From positions 72,664,001 through 72,728,000 of the forward strand of contig CM060731.1 in the NCBI GenBank assembly GCA_030704615.1: a DNA stretch of 64,000 nt. Reading direction: 5' to 3'. This DNA is from Takakia lepidozioides. Taxonomy: Eukaryota > Plantae > Bryophyta. Made by a program: the position numbers and the translations under genes. The notes beneath the pieces were generated by a model. That model saw nothing but the letters and a program-made list of their open reading frames with translations. It did no database searches and was not told the origin of the DNA. Positions within the stretch are counted from its first letter, which is position 1; each line of letters starts with the position of its first letter. Shown here piece by piece: positions 61,560 to 64,000 of the stretch.

Positions 61560-62740
61560 AAACGATCGAAGACGATTAGCTATGAAATGCAAGCCATATG
61601 CAAGATTAATTGGGAGAAGAATTGTACAAGAGAGGAATAGATTCTGCTATGAGACGTTGTCTCAATGAAAGTGAAGCAGAAGAAGTCATGCAATCAAATG
61701 CATGGAGTGGCAGGTGGGCACTTTGGAGCAGATACCACGGTAAGAAAAACCATGCTGGCAGGATACTGGTGGCCCACGATCTTCAGGGATATCCATCGAC
61801 ATTGTCAGGAATGTGATGGGTGTCAGAGGATGGGACCCATTGAACTTGCTGGACATGGTGTTCCGAACCCAACCCTTCCTACTGAACCATTTCAGAGATG
61901 GGGGCTTGATAGGACATCAAGCCCCCATCCAGGTTCACCAGGACTCAATACCTCCTGACAGCTACAGATTATACTACCAAGTAGGTGGAGGCAAAGGCAT
62001 TAAGGATAACATCCTAACCCGTACTGGTTGTCCTTTGGAATTTGTGAGTGAACAGGGAACTCATTTCATGAATGTCATAATCAAAACCCTGACAAGAGAG
62101 TTCATGATAGTACACCATAAGAGCACACGTTACTATCCACAGGGTAATGGGCAGGCAGAATCCACGAATAAGATCCTCTGCACTATCTTAACTAAGATAG
62201 CGGGGGCCAATCAAACTGATTGGGACAAGAAGTTATTCACAGCATTATGGTCTTATCGCACTTCATATAAAGTGACTATGAGGCATACACCTCTCCAACT
62301 GGTTTATGGAGTAGAAGCATTACTCCCCATAGAATTCCAGATACCCACACTAAGGACGAGAGGAATGCAGCGATGGGGGTTGGAAGAATCCATAAGATTG
62401 AGGGAACAAGAACTCTTCAATTTGGAAGAAGTATGAACAGATGCAGCAGATAATATGCTCCGAATACAAAATCAGAGGAAGTTCAGGTCCATGGAGGGGA
62501 GCATTGCTATCCATTAAGCGAGTAGAGTTTGAAGGCTGGGAGGAAAGAAAAGTGAATGTTTATACTCATATGCATGAAGTCAAAGAATTTAAAGAAGGAG
62601 ATTTGGTGCTTAAGCTGAAAATGCCATGGCAGGGACAGTTCCAGATCAAGAAGGTCTATGGGAATGGAACGGTCGATCTGCAGACACTGGAAGAGGAAGA
62701 GGTAGCACGGGTGATAATAACAAGCTCAGGGGCTATCGTG
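61560..62740 (+). mobile_element. Degenerate non-chromoviral Ty3/Gypsy integrase remnant
   Basis: HGVAGGHFG..GYWWPTIFRD..CQECDGCQ; FQRWGLD; SEQGTHF; YYPQGNGQAESTNK; ALWSYRT; GDLVL. Confidence 0.85.
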
Positions 62741-63569
62741 GTTACCACAGGGAAAACTCTCAAACACGACCTTTTCATTCTGCAGGATGCACGGGAAAAA
62801 GACAATGAACTTGGGGAACGGACAAAGGTTAGATCAGGGATTATATGTTCTATGCAAGACTGCAAGGTAAGTGAGGGCTACCCTGATGTGCTAGCTGAGT
62901 ATGCGGCTATATACATCAAAGAGGCATACATCACTAACGCTCATTTACCATATCTCAACGATGTTAAGAAACATACTGTGTTGGGGGATGTGGTAGGAAG
63001 CACCACACTTTGGAATTTGAAGCTACTGAGACATGAGGTTTAGGAAGTTCTACTCCTTTGTTTGTCAATAAAGCCCTTACTTCTAGCAGTAATCTGTTGA
63101 ATCTAGTTTTTTCCAGGTAAGTGTTTAGCGACATTATGATTGAACAATGAAGCATATTTTGTGAATTTATATACAAAGGCTGGTTCGAACACCACATGAA
63201 TGTGTGTGTTGTGATTGTGATGTTGTTGTTTCTATGGATGGCATGTTTGATTGTAGTTGTCTTTTAGACTGTATGATATTGGTGCTTCTGTCAGTCTGTG
63301 CAACAGGGTTGGTGGTAGAATCTTTCTTTGTCACACTTTGCAACTGCTAGCAGGGTTGGGGGTCCACTCTTTGGTCATTGGAAGATTAATGCAGGCTCTC
63401 CTTCCCTGCAGAGGGATTGTGTCTTGATATAGAGGGCCAATTGCTTTGCCAATTGTTGTGCTTATGAGAGCTCCACATGGTTTGTTTAAATTTCATATTA
63501 ATTTACTTCATTTACTATTTAAATTAGTCATTTGAAATTGAATAATATATAACAAATTTTAAAATCTAC

Positions 63570-64000
63570 ATGACCTACACGTGTCATTCACACATACTCC
63601 AACAAGACCACGTGGCATCTGTAGTGTTGTAATGATATAGTCACACCCATAGTAATGTAGTCATACATGTATTCAGGAAATGTGCCACATGTCATCGTCA
63701 GCGATGTACTGAGTAGTTATGTAGTCATCAGTGTAGTCACACAATGTAGTCATGTAGTCATAAAGTTACGCCTACATCACTATACTCCATCCCACGATTT
63801 GGACACGTGTCATAGCAGAGGGATTACGTGTGTCACGCAGACAACTATCCATGTAGGCGGACTTCTGTAGTAGTTATCATGTTAGTCATGACATGTAGTC
63901 GTGTAGTCGTGTAGTCCACTGTACCATATGGTCACACATGTCAAATCCCAAGGATCCCACGTGTCACGCACAAGCCTCTCCATGTAGGCGCAATGTTGTA
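63570..64000. repeat. Low-complexity GTAGTCA/CACGTGTCA repeats, probably a TE end running off the window
   Basis: Recurrent tgtagtca, cacgtgtca and tccatgtaggcg. Confidence 0.5.

Overview
Nuclear DNA of a land plant, most likely a seed-free lineage (inferred from the tandem PLS/DYW-type PPR genes and a Tcn1-like chromovirus; the species cannot be determined from the sequence). Host genes are four near-full-length PLS-class PPR genes plus one fragment, a two-exon serine carboxypeptidase-like gene and a six-exon RPN11 gene. Only one PPR gene keeps an intact DYW-type deaminase. About half of the window is nested transposons. The main discovery is a ~12 kb Ty3/Gypsy-type retrotransposon (32515-44486, 4-bp TSD TGCT) inserted in a Tcn1-like chromovirus (28933-46837, TSD CCTAC). 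Its degenerate polyprotein reads Gag - protease - C5 cytosine DNA methyltransferase (DNMT3-like motifs) - RT - RNase H - DDE integrase - PHD finger. Its termini are split direct repeats (A1...B1-GT-A2-B2) rather than ordinary LTRs. Its primer-binding site is complementary to its own repeat, and this pairing co-varies in a related copy at 11671. A CACTA element (to 18927) has a SET-domain ORF just upstream of its transposase, so two different TEs here are associated with chromatin-writer domains. All TE copies are pseudogenised. Domain calls come from motif recognition only; no database searches were run.
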